32,000 bases of DNA, taken from NCBI RefSeq assembly GCF_003259895.1, contig NZ_QLME01000001.1, positions 26,152-58,151 of the forward strand, read 5' to 3'. Shown here one piece after another: positions 1 to 8,617 of the stretch; positions within the stretch are counted from its first letter, which is position 1; each line of letters opens with the position of its first letter. Under the pieces are notes generated by a model that worked only from the letters and a program-made list of their open reading frames with translations, searched no databases and was not told the DNA's origin. The stretch is from Halanaerobium saccharolyticum. Lineage in GTDB: Bacteria > Bacillota > Halanaerobiia > Halanaerobiales > Halanaerobiaceae. The position numbers and the translations under genes are program-made.

Positions 1-1703
1 CAGACCTCCTTATCTAAAATTAAATTTGTATATTCAAACTCAGTGTAAGAAAGACCGTGTCCAAAGGGGAATTGAGGCTCAATTTTTTTCTTTTCGTAAT
101 ATCTATAACCTACATAAATACCTTCTGCATAATTAACTTCCTCATTTACTCCAGGGAAATTAAGATAAGAAGGATTATGCGCTAAAGAAAGTGGAAAAGT
201 CTCAGCAAGCTTCCCGGAAGGATTAACCTTCCCCTTAATTACATTAACTATCGCTTTTGCCCCTGCCTGTCCGGGCAGCCATCCTTCTAAAACAGCAGGA
301 ACTTTGTCAATCCAGTCAGATATATTTACAGCTGAACCGTTATTTAGCACTACTATAAGATTTTTATTAACTTCTGCAACAGCTTTAATTAACTTATTCT
401 GTCTTTCTGGTAAATTAATATTCTTACGATCAAAACCTTCTGATTCAAATTTTTCAGGAATTCCAGCAAAAATAATAACATAATCCGATTTAACAGCTTT
501 CTTTATAGCCTCATCAATTTGACTTTCTAAATTCTGATCGTTATTATAGCCGGAGGCATAGTTTAATTCTACAGCAGGCGGAATTGAATTTTTGATTTCT
601 GATAAACCATCAGCTAAAATATATGGAGTAACCTTTGAACTTCCATTTCCCTGATAACGAGGATTAACAGCCATCTCGCCAATTACGGTAATTGAACTCA
701 TATTATTAAAATCCAGCGGCAGTAACTTATTCTCATTTTTCAACAATACCACAGACTCTTCAGCTGCAGTTTGTGCTATTTTGTCATGTTGATCATAGTC
801 AACAGTTATTCTTTCTGGTGACGATTTAAATACTGTCTTCAAAACTCGTTTTACAGATTGATTTAAAATCTCTTCTTTCAGTTCCTTTTTATCCAGCTGC
901 ATCTGAATTTTTTCTTTATTGACTCTGGAAGGTCCAGGCATTTCCAGATCAAGACCAGATTTTAATGCTGCTGCCCGATCATGGATCGCCCCCCAGTCAG
1001 AAATAACTAAGCCCTGGTATCCCCATTCAGCTCTTAAAATCTGATTTAAAAGATAATCATTCTGAGTAGCTGGAGTTCCATTAACCCGATTATAAGCAGC
1101 CATAACAGTCCAGGGTTCTGCCTCTTTAACCACCCGTTCGAATGCCAGCAGATATATTTCTCTTAAAGCTCTTTCTGCTACTTCTACATTAACCGAAAAT
1201 CTTTTATATTCCTGATTATTGCAGACATAGTGTTTTAATGAAGTACCAACTCCTTGATCCTGGACCCCCTTAACAAAGCAGGAAGCCAGATCTGCTGTTA
1301 AAATTGGATCTTCAGAAAAATATTCAAAATTTCTCCCACCTAAAGGAGATCTTTTGATATTTACTCCTGGCCCCAGAATAATGTTGACACCTAAACTCTT
1401 TGCCTCCTCTGCCAGAGTCTCTCCCACCTGATATAAAAGTTCTTTATTCCAGCTGGAAGCAAGAGCAGAAGCAGTTGGGAAACAGGTAGTTTTTTTATTG
1501 GAAGTAGCTCCAAATTCATTTATCTCGACCACATAGCGCAGACCATGAGGACCATCTGACATCACAATAGCTGGTATGTTCAGCCTTTTTATTTCTTCTG
1601 TAGTCCACATACTTGCACCACTGCATAGTTTAATTTTTTCTTCTAATGTTAATTCGGCTATCAGCTCATCTATTTTTTTGTCTATATCTATATTATTTTC
1701 CAA
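1..1703 (-). CDS. Glycoside hydrolase family 3 beta-glucosidase (BglX-like); the C-terminal end runs off the window edge
   Basis: Absent from the ORF track because it is open to the window edge. My reverse-strand translation from TTG at 1703 (GGAGG at 1711-1715) gives IVMSDGPHGLR, GGRNFEYFSEDP, KHYVCNNQE, GLVISDWGA (GH3 nucleophile SDW motif) and FPFGHGLSYT. Confidence 0.9.
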   Translation of the reverse strand, partial: MENNIDIDKKIDELIAELTLEEKIKLCSGASMWTTEEIKRLNIPAIVMSDGPHGLRYVVEINEFGATSNKKTTCFPTASALASSWNKELLYQVGETLAEEAKSLGVNIILGPGVNIKRSPLGGRNFEYFSEDPILTADLASCFVKGVQDQGVGTSLKHYVCNNQEYKRFSVNVEVAERALREIYLLAFERVVKEAEPWTVMAAYNRVNGTPATQNDYLLNQILRAEWGYQGLVISDWGAIHDRAAALKSGLDLEMPGPSRVNKEKIQMQLDKKELKEEILNQSVKRVLKTVFKSSPERITVDYDQHDKIAQTAAEESVVLLKNENKLLPLDFNNMSSITVIGEMAVNPRYQGNGSSKVTPYILADGLSEIKNSIPPAVELNYASGYNNDQNLESQIDEAIKKAVKSDYVIIFAGIPEKFESEGFDRKNINLPERQNKLIKAVAEVNKNLIVVLNNGSAVNISDWIDKVPAVLEGWLPGQAGAKAIVNVIKGKVNPSGKLAETFPLSLAHNPSYLNFPGVNEEVNYAEGIYVGYRYYEKKKIEPQFPFGHGLSYTEFEYTNLILDKEV

Positions 1704-1721
1704 AGTCCTTCCTCCCTGTAC

Positions 1722-2564
1722 TTAACCTTTTACCGCTCCTGCACTCATACCTTTTACCAACTGATCTTCCATCAATAAATAAATTGCAATAATCGGAACT
1801 AAGGCCATAGATAATCCAGCCATCTGCATTCCATAATCAGTACTAAATTGACCTGAGAACAAAGAAAGACTTAAAGGTAAAGTCATTAATTTATTGTCAT
1901 TAATTAAAACTAAAGCAAAAGAAAATTCATTCCAGTTATAAACAAAATTCAAAATTCCCACTGTTGCCAGAGCCGGTCTGGTCATTGGTAAAATAATCGA
2001 CCAGAAAATTCTAAGATAACCTGCTCCATCAACAATTGCAGCTTCTTCTACTGCTTTCGGTAAACTTTTCATAAAACTGCTCAAAATAAAAATAGTTAAG
2101 GGCAGGTTAAAAGCAACATAAGGTAAAATTAGTGATGCTCTGGTATTAACAAGCCCAATATTTCGCATCAAAATAAAAATAGGGACTAAAGTACCATGGA
2201 TTGGAACTAAAAGGCCAAAAATAAAAAAACTATAAATTAATTTTTTACCAGGAAATTCAAAACGAGAAATAAAGTATGCTGCTAGAGAACCAATAGATAC
2301 AGTAATCAAAACAGCAATACCAGCTACAATAAAACTATTCATAAAACTCCTGCCCAGAGATACCGCATTCCAGGCTCTAGTGTAATTACTCAGCATCAAT
2401 GACTTTGGCAGTGAAAATGAATTGATAGAAATCTGATTTTCGGTTTTAAACGAGTTCATAACCATCCAGAAAATCGGATATATATTTATTAAAGCAAAAA
2501 ATATCAAAATTGCATATGTAGCATATTTTTTCAATTTATCTAGTTTTTTAATTTTATTACTCAT
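1722..2564 (-). CDS. Carbohydrate ABC transporter permease (CUT1 family, MalG-like)
   Basis: 280 aa polytopic membrane protein with an EAA-loop-like segment (EEAAIVDGAGYLRIFWSIILPMTRPAL). AGGAGG lies upstream of the ATG. It sits in an operon with a second permease and a binding protein. Confidence 0.9.
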   Translation of the reverse strand: MSNKIKKLDKLKKYATYAILIFFALINIYPIFWMVMNSFKTENQISINSFSLPKSLMLSNYTRAWNAVSLGRSFMNSFIVAGIAVLITVSIGSLAAYFISRFEFPGKKLIYSFFIFGLLVPIHGTLVPIFILMRNIGLVNTRASLILPYVAFNLPLTIFILSSFMKSLPKAVEEAAIVDGAGYLRIFWSIILPMTRPALATVGILNFVYNWNEFSFALVLINDNKLMTLPLSLSLFSGQFSTDYGMQMAGLSMALVPIIAIYLLMEDQLVKGMSAGAVKG

Positions 2565-2581
2565 GACTACCTCCTTTTAAT

Positions 2582-3460
2582 TTAGTCTCCAAATTTAGCA
2601 AAAAGATTTCTGACTATAGTAACTAAAACAATACCAAATATCACAATAAATATTGAAACCGCACTTCCATAACCAAATTTCATTCCATTAAAGGTATTGT
2701 CATACATATGTATCGCCATCACTTCTGTGGCATGTGAGGGACCACCATTTGTCATTACATAAATCAAAGCAAAAGTTTTAAGGCTGCCGCTAATACATAA
2801 GACTACTGCAGCTAAAATCGAATCTTTAACTAAAGGAATTGTTATATATAATGTTCTTTTCCAACCCTGAGCTCCATCAATTTTTGCAGCCTCTAAAATT
2901 TCATCCGGTACTGTCTGTAAGGCCGCCAGAAATATAATAAAATAAAGACCAACAAACTGCCAGATTATAACAGCAGCTACAGAAAACATTGCTATATCTG
3001 GATCGCTTAACCAGTTCTGGATCCATGATTCCAGTCCTACAAAACTTAAAATATTATTTAAAAGTCCAAAATTATAATTATATACCATACTCCAGACTAA
3101 AGAAATAATTACGGCCGAAATTACTACTGGCATAAAGATAATTGTTCTAAAAAAATGTCTTCCTTTTATTTTCTGATTCACAAGCAAAGCTAATAAAAAA
3201 CCTATTGGTACCTGTCCCAGTACTGAAGCCAAAACAACTACCATATTATTTTTTAAAGAACGCCAGAAAATATTATTTCCAAACATTTCAGCATAATTTT
3301 CTAAACCTACAAATGAAGGGGGAGAAAAACCATTCCACTCAACTAAAGAATAGCGAGCAGAAATAAAGATTGGAATAATTACAAAACCTAGATAGAGTAA
3401 AAAAGCTGGCAAAATACCAAGATATATTAGTTTTTTCTTATGCTTATAAATATGTTCCAC
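2582..3460 (-). CDS. Carbohydrate ABC transporter permease (CUT1 family, MalF-like)
   Basis: 292 aa membrane protein with an EAA motif (LEAAKIDGAQGWKRTLYITIPLV). GTG start at 3460 with AGGAGG 9 nt upstream. Confidence 0.9.
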   Translation of the reverse strand: MEHIYKHKKKLIYLGILPAFLLYLGFVIIPIFISARYSLVEWNGFSPPSFVGLENYAEMFGNNIFWRSLKNNMVVVLASVLGQVPIGFLLALLVNQKIKGRHFFRTIIFMPVVISAVIISLVWSMVYNYNFGLLNNILSFVGLESWIQNWLSDPDIAMFSVAAVIIWQFVGLYFIIFLAALQTVPDEILEAAKIDGAQGWKRTLYITIPLVKDSILAAVVLCISGSLKTFALIYVMTNGGPSHATEVMAIHMYDNTFNGMKFGYGSAVSIFIVIFGIVLVTIVRNLFAKFGD

Positions 3461-3480
3461 TTTCTAAACCTCCTGAATAA

Positions 3481-3505
3481 AAGGGGGAGGTTTTTCCTCC
3501 CCCTT
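3481..3505 (-). promoter_or_regulatory. Intercistronic GC-rich stem-loop between the binding-protein gene and the permease genes
   Basis: AAGGGGGAGG (3481-3490) and CCTCCCCCTT (3496-3505) are perfect reverse complements with a 5-nt loop. The site lies in the 56-nt gap between the stop at 3517 and the start at 3460. No clean U-tract follows on the minus strand. Confidence 0.6.
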
Positions 3506-3516
3506 AATTATTTATT

Positions 3517-4782
3517 CTATAAGTTATCCTGCATCTGTTGAGCTAACTCTTCTGATGTCATTTCTCCTGTAGTTAATGACTGCAGACCATTATTAATTGT
3601 TTGAATTAAATTAATAGGTAAGACAGCATCATAAACTGGTCCAATTTGATGTTCATTGACTAAATTAATAACATCCTGGAACTGAGGTGAAATATCAGCA
3701 GGTAGATCAACTTTTGCTGGCACAAATGATCCTGTTCTTAAAAGATCTACATATGTTTCTTCGGAGTAGAAAAACTTCAGAAACTTAATTGCAGCTTCTT
3801 TTTGTGCTTCAGAAAGGCCGGATCTAATTGAAAAAGCACTTCCTGTAACTCCAGATAAAGCTTTAGGAGCTACTTCTCCTTCAATTTGAGGGAATGTTGC
3901 AATTCCAACATTCATATCTTCTTCTTTAGCAGTTTCTATTACTCCACCAATATCCCAGGCTCCACCAAAGAACATTGCAGCTCTTTTCTGATAAAATGCC
4001 TGTCTCATTTCCATATCATTTAAACTATTAGCATCTTTATTGAAGTATCCTTCGTCAGCAAGCTCTTTTATAACATCAAGTGCTTTAATAAAAGCAGGGT
4101 CAGTAAATTTGCGTTCTCCTGCTAAAACATCTTCTAAATAATCAATTCCTGTCAATCTATCTCCGATAGTTGAAATATAAATTGACTGCAGTACCCATTT
4201 AGCTTTATTACCTAAAGAAATTGGAACAATATCATTTTCCTTAAGAGCGTCTCCCATCACTTTGAATTCTTCGTATGTTTCAGGCCATTCTGTATAGCCC
4301 GCTTCTGCTAGCATATCTTTATTATAGAAGGCAAAGTGAGTATAATTTACTTTAGCGGGAATTGCATAAACTTTATCATTAAAAGTATATGCAGAAAGAC
4401 TATCTCTTGGAATTAAATCATCAGTCCAGTAGTCAATTATTCCTTCTAAATCCATTAATAATCCTGCTTCAACTAGAGGCTGCACTTCAGATCCTGGATA
4501 TGTCTGCATAATATCAGGAATTTGACCCCCGGCTGCTTGAGTTCTCAGTTTAGTTCTATAACTATCATTTGGAATAACCTGAATCTTAAGTTTTATATTT
4601 GGATTGTTTTCCTGAAACTCTTCGATTTTAGGCAGTAAAACTTCACTTGCAAAAGCATCCTGACCTGTCCAGGCATGCCACATCTCTAATTCAACAGTTT
4701 CCTGAGCCATTACTGAACTTGTAAACAAAATTCCAACAATTAAAACTATAAAAATAATCAGACTATTTTTTTTATTAATCAC
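3517..4782 (-). CDS. Extracellular sugar-binding protein of the ABC transporter (family 1 SBP)
   Basis: 421 aa with an N-terminal signal/anchor (IIFIVLIVGILFTSSVMAQE). The length and composition are typical of CUT1 binding proteins. GTG start at 4782 with GGGAGG 7 nt upstream. Confidence 0.85.
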   Translation of the reverse strand: MINKKNSLIIFIVLIVGILFTSSVMAQETVELEMWHAWTGQDAFASEVLLPKIEEFQENNPNIKLKIQVIPNDSYRTKLRTQAAGGQIPDIMQTYPGSEVQPLVEAGLLMDLEGIIDYWTDDLIPRDSLSAYTFNDKVYAIPAKVNYTHFAFYNKDMLAEAGYTEWPETYEEFKVMGDALKENDIVPISLGNKAKWVLQSIYISTIGDRLTGIDYLEDVLAGERKFTDPAFIKALDVIKELADEGYFNKDANSLNDMEMRQAFYQKRAAMFFGGAWDIGGVIETAKEEDMNVGIATFPQIEGEVAPKALSGVTGSAFSIRSGLSEAQKEAAIKFLKFFYSEETYVDLLRTGSFVPAKVDLPADISPQFQDVINLVNEHQIGPVYDAVLPINLIQTINNGLQSLTTGEMTSEELAQQMQDNL

Positions 4783-4898
4783 ATTAATACCTCCCTGGTT
4801 TTTAAAACATTAAAAAGCCAAAATCAACTGATATTTCAAAACTGATATATCACCTCCGATAAAATTTAATGGCTTATAAGCTTATAATGTTATAATTT

Positions 4899-5933
4899 TT
4901 ATATAGTATCTGTTGATTCCCTTGTGATGAGTTCAACAGGTATAACTATCTTTCTAGTTTTTGCAGCCGGGTTTTTAATTAGTTTATATAATCTTTCCAT
5001 TGCAGTAAGTCCCATTTCCTGTTTAAATATTCTAACAGTTGTTAAAGATGGAGTAATATGTCTTCCAGTTTCAATATCATCAAAACCGCAAACAGAAAAA
5101 TCCTCAGGAACGGAAAAACCAGCATCCTGAATTGCTTTAATTACACCAAGAGCTCTTGAATCATTCACAGCAAAAAAGGCTGTAGGCAAATCCTTTTCTT
5201 CTTTTAACATTTTTGATACAACTTTATAAGCACTTTCTGTTCCATAAGTTGAGTCCCCAATCTTTATAAACGAATCTTTTACTTCTAAAGCATGATTTCT
5301 CAAGCTGTTAATATAACCAGTATATCTTTCTTCAAAAGAAGTATTGTCTAACGGTCCTGAAATAAAGGCTATATCTTGATGTCCCAGCTCAAGCAAATGG
5401 TTCATCATCTTTTTTGCACCAGCAATATTATCATTCAAAATACAATCAATATTTTCCTGCCAGAAATGATTATCAATAACAACAACAGGCATTCCAGCTT
5501 CTTTAATTTCCATAATTAGCTTTTCATCAATCAGATAACCTATAAATACCATTCCAGCAATGTCCTGACTGGAAATCATTTCATCTATTATTTTTTTATC
5601 TTTTTTACTTTCTCCAGTTATTGATTTAATTAACAGTTCATAATTGTGACTTTTAGTAAAATTTTCTAACCCCAGAGCTATCTGAGCATAAAAAGGATTA
5701 CCTAAAATACCACCCTGTTTATCCAGACGATTATTAAAAATCGTAGCAATATATTGAGACTTCTGGTTTAAATCTTTATTATATTTTCTAAACTCATAAC
5801 CCATTTCAGAAGCAGTATCTAAAACAACAGACCGGGTTTGAGCAGAAATATTACCCTTTTCGTTAATAACTCTTGAAACTGTTGAAACAGAAAATCCAGT
5901 TTTTTCTGCAATATCACTTAATGTAGTTGGCAT
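4899..5933 (-). CDS. LacI/GalR-family transcriptional regulator
   Basis: N-terminal HTH (TLSDIAEKTGFSVSTVSRVINEKGNISAQTRSVV) followed by a periplasmic-binding-protein-like sugar-binding core. 344 aa. Confidence 0.92.
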   Translation of the reverse strand: MPTTLSDIAEKTGFSVSTVSRVINEKGNISAQTRSVVLDTASEMGYEFRKYNKDLNQKSQYIATIFNNRLDKQGGILGNPFYAQIALGLENFTKSHNYELLIKSITGESKKDKKIIDEMISSQDIAGMVFIGYLIDEKLIMEIKEAGMPVVVIDNHFWQENIDCILNDNIAGAKKMMNHLLELGHQDIAFISGPLDNTSFEERYTGYINSLRNHALEVKDSFIKIGDSTYGTESAYKVVSKMLKEEKDLPTAFFAVNDSRALGVIKAIQDAGFSVPEDFSVCGFDDIETGRHITPSLTTVRIFKQEMGLTAMERLYKLIKNPAAKTRKIVIPVELITRESTDTI

Positions 5934-6332
5934 AATTCAATCCTCCAATTAAAATTTATGCAAAAAAATATTTTTGCTTAAATAATTTTATTAATATTCA
6001 AATAACATTTAATGATAATCATCCCTGTTATTACAACAAATATATGTTTAAAATAATTTTGATAACTTGTTTTTAACTCACTATATGAAAATTCTAACAC
6101 AAACTTTTACGCAAATCAAGCAAATTATATATTTAATTTGCGCAAAATTTATATTATTTATGCAAAAGTATGAAAATTAGCTCATTAATTAGGCTTTATT
6201 ATATTCTTTTATCAATAATAATTATTTACACAAACAAAAACTACAGCAAAAATATTCTGCTGCAGTTTTTATCAAATATTAAATTTACGATTAAATTAAC
6301 AAAATTTTTTTCTAGACACCAAACAGTCTTAC

Positions 6333-6644
6333 CTATAACAAAACCACTATTTTTTTAGCTTCCTGATCCGGAATGATTTTAATGCCATTTTCAATTTCCT
6401 CCACTTTACCATTGTCAACTTTTTTATAATCCCAGATATTATTCAGCACAATTGAATAATCTTGAGCTGCATTTTCAACTTAAATTACTTCTCCACTTAA
6501 AAAAATAGTCCAGCAACCTTCTGGCAAATAGTATTTAACTTTGCCATCTTCATTAAATACCGGAGCAACCATTAAAGAATCACCGAGCATAAACTGTCGA
6601 TCCAGATAGTCACAGCCAGGATCATCCTGAAATTCTAAAAGCAT
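6333..6644 (-). pseudogene. Remnant of a GH31 alpha-xylosidase/alpha-glucosidase (YicI-like), C-terminal part only, with an in-frame TAA
   Basis: Minus-strand translation from 6644 gives LLEFQDDPGCDYLDRQFMLGDSLMVAPVFNEDGKVKYYLPEGCWTIF, which matches the conserved GH31 C-terminal region as I remember it from YicI. There is an in-frame TAA at 6480-6482, and the frame then stays open to 6333. The ~600 aa of N-terminal and catalytic sequence are absent. Confidence 0.7.
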
Positions 6645-6961
6645 TGGCCTTAAAACAAGAGTTCCAGTATAAGATTAATAAACTTCAGCCGGATATTATA
6701 ATCACAGATATCAGAATGCCCGAAATGAATGGTCTTGAAATGGCAGAAGAAATCCGAAAAAATAACCAGAAGACTAAAATAATTGTACTCAGCGGTTACG
6801 ATAAATTTGAGTATGCCAAAAAATTAATTAAAGAAAATAGGGAGATTAAATTTTATCAAATTGCTGAAGCTGTAGGCTTTAATGATTATAAATATTTTTC
6901 TACTATTTTTAAAAAATACACCGGAACAACTCCCAGTAAATATAAAAATAATTTATATTAA
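6644..6961 (+). pseudogene. Remnant of a YesN/AraC-type two-component response regulator, 5'-truncated and internally deleted
   Basis: The 105-aa ORF joins a partial receiver domain (QPDIIITDIRMPEMNGLEMAEEIRK...IIVLSGYDKFEYAKK) directly to the last AraC helix-turn-helix (IKFYQIAEAVGFNDYKYFSTIFKKYTGTTPSKYK). The phospho-acceptor region at the N-terminus and about 150 aa of the middle are missing. TTG 'start' with no RBS. Confidence 0.7.
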
Positions 6962-7176
6962 TAATAAATTATACTGCCATTGTTTAATCCCTTCGTTAGA
7001 TAATGTGAATAGTTGTACATTATGCTGATTAATGATATAATTAATCCCAGAAAATAATCCAGCAGAACTTTAAGTCTGGTAATAGTATTCTTCCTGAGTC
7101 CAGGGCAGCTGCCTGAAACAGGGGAAGGGTCTTTATAAAATCTGATTTTTTATCAGCTATATTTCATAAAGCAGCC

Positions 7177-7209
7177 CTATCCCTATTCAATATAGAGGAT
7201 AGTTTTTTT
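7177..7209 (+). terminator. Rho-independent terminator-like hairpin plus T7 tract
   Basis: CTATCCCTAT (7177-7186) pairs with ATAG-A-GGATAG (7192-7202), a 10-bp stem with one bulge and a 5-nt loop, followed by TTTTTTT (7203-7209). Confidence 0.55.
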
Positions 7210-7344
7210 ATTTAAGCTGATTTTAAGTAAAAAGATAGATTATTTAGCTATCACAACTTGCTTAACAAATTTAGACTATCAATATGCTCTTTGTCATGTT
7301 TTTATAAATTTTTTTACTAACATTTATTAGAGAGGTGAAAGATT

Positions 7345-8592
7345 ATGCAGGAAACACCGAAAGGTAATCGACCGCACATTGGAGTTTTTGGACGCAGAAA
7401 CGCAGGTAAATCAAGTTTGATTAACAGTCTAACTAATCAGGACCTGGCTCTTGTTTCCAGTATTCCCGGAACAACAACTGATCCCGTTTATAAAGCAATG
7501 GAACTCCTGCCCCTTGGTCCCGTAATCATAATCGACACAGCAGGTATCGATGATACTGGTGAGCTGGGCGAGCTGAGAGTAAAGAAAACTCTGGAAGTTA
7601 TCAGGAAAACTGATCTGGCAGTTCTTGTAATTGATCCTGAGCAAAAAATTGGTGATTATGAGTCCGATCTGCTGAATAAATTTTCCGAATCAGAGACTCC
7701 AGTAGTTCTCTGTCTGAATAAAATTGATTTAGAAACTGAAAAAGAAACTTTAATTAACAAAATAAAAGAAGAATATCAGCTGCAGGCTGTGCCAGTCAGT
7801 GCAGCCACAGGAGCAGGAATTGAAAATTTACGTGATCAGATAGCAGATAAAATGCCTGCTGACACGGAAGAAGCATTTATTGTAGGAGATCTGGTTGACC
7901 CGGGTGATACTATTGTACTGGTAACTCCTATTGATCTCGCAGCTCCCAAAGGGAGACTAATTCTACCTCAAGTTCAGACTATTCGCGATGTACTTGATCA
8001 TGATGGAATAACTATGGTCTGTAAAGAAAGAGAATTAAAGCTAACTCTGGATAAATTAAAAGAAGCTCCTAAACTGGTAATCACAGATTCTCAGGCTTTT
8101 ATGAAAGTAGATGCAGATGTACCTGAAGATATTCTGCTGACAGGCTTTTCAGTTCTATTTGCCCGCTACAAAGGTGATCTGGAGATCTTCCTCCGGGGAG
8201 CCAGAAGGTTAGAAAAACTGCAGGCAGGTGATAAAATTTTGATTGCTGAAGCCTGTACCCACCGCCGTCAGGCTGATGATATCGGAACTGTTAAACTGCC
8301 CCGCTGGCTGAGATCAAAGGTCGGCGCTGACTTAGAGTTTGACCATGTTTCCGGTAGAGATTATCCAGACAATTTAACTGATTATGATCTTATACTTCAC
8401 TGTGGTGGCTGTATGCTGAATCGAAAAGAAGTGATTTCCCGCCTGCAAGAGGCAGATCAGGCAGGAATCCCGGTAATTAATTATGGAATGGCAATTGCCC
8501 AGCTGCACGGTATTCTTGACAGAGCTTTAAAACCCTTTCCTGCCGCCTATCATCTCTGGCTGGAAATGAAAGATGAGACAGCTTTAGTTTAA
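7345..8592 (+). CDS. hydF: [FeFe]-hydrogenase H-cluster maturation GTPase HydF
   Basis: N-terminal GTPase motifs (GRRNAGKSSLINSL, DTAGIDD, NKID) and the C-terminal HydF FeS-cluster motif (EACTHRR ... LHCGGCMLN). 415 aa. Confidence 0.9.
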   Translation: MQETPKGNRPHIGVFGRRNAGKSSLINSLTNQDLALVSSIPGTTTDPVYKAMELLPLGPVIIIDTAGIDDTGELGELRVKKTLEVIRKTDLAVLVIDPEQKIGDYESDLLNKFSESETPVVLCLNKIDLETEKETLINKIKEEYQLQAVPVSAATGAGIENLRDQIADKMPADTEEAFIVGDLVDPGDTIVLVTPIDLAAPKGRLILPQVQTIRDVLDHDGITMVCKERELKLTLDKLKEAPKLVITDSQAFMKVDADVPEDILLTGFSVLFARYKGDLEIFLRGARRLEKLQAGDKILIAEACTHRRQADDIGTVKLPRWLRSKVGADLEFDHVSGRDYPDNLTDYDLILHCGGCMLNRKEVISRLQEADQAGIPVINYGMAIAQLHGILDRALKPFPAAYHLWLEMKDETALV

Positions 8593-8617
8593 ACCCTTTC
8601 TAAATAAGGAGGAAATA

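Noticed and set aside
4924-5130. 68-aa plus-strand ORF inside the LacI gene region
   Set aside because: It lies entirely antisense to a well-supported LacI-family CDS, has no RBS and has a low-complexity hydrophobic translation. This is a typical shadow ORF.
6170-6358. 62-aa plus-strand ORF in the AT-rich spacer
   Set aside because: The translation is Ile/Lys/Leu/Tyr-rich, as expected from random AT-rich DNA. There is no RBS, and its end overlaps the GH31 remnant on the other strand.
6962-7344. Possible riboswitch upstream of hydF
   Set aside because: I could not match the sequence to any riboswitch consensus I know (SAM, cobalamin, c-di-GMP, ZTP, glycine, T-box). It is kept only as a low-interest note because the hairpin may belong to the decayed upstream gene.
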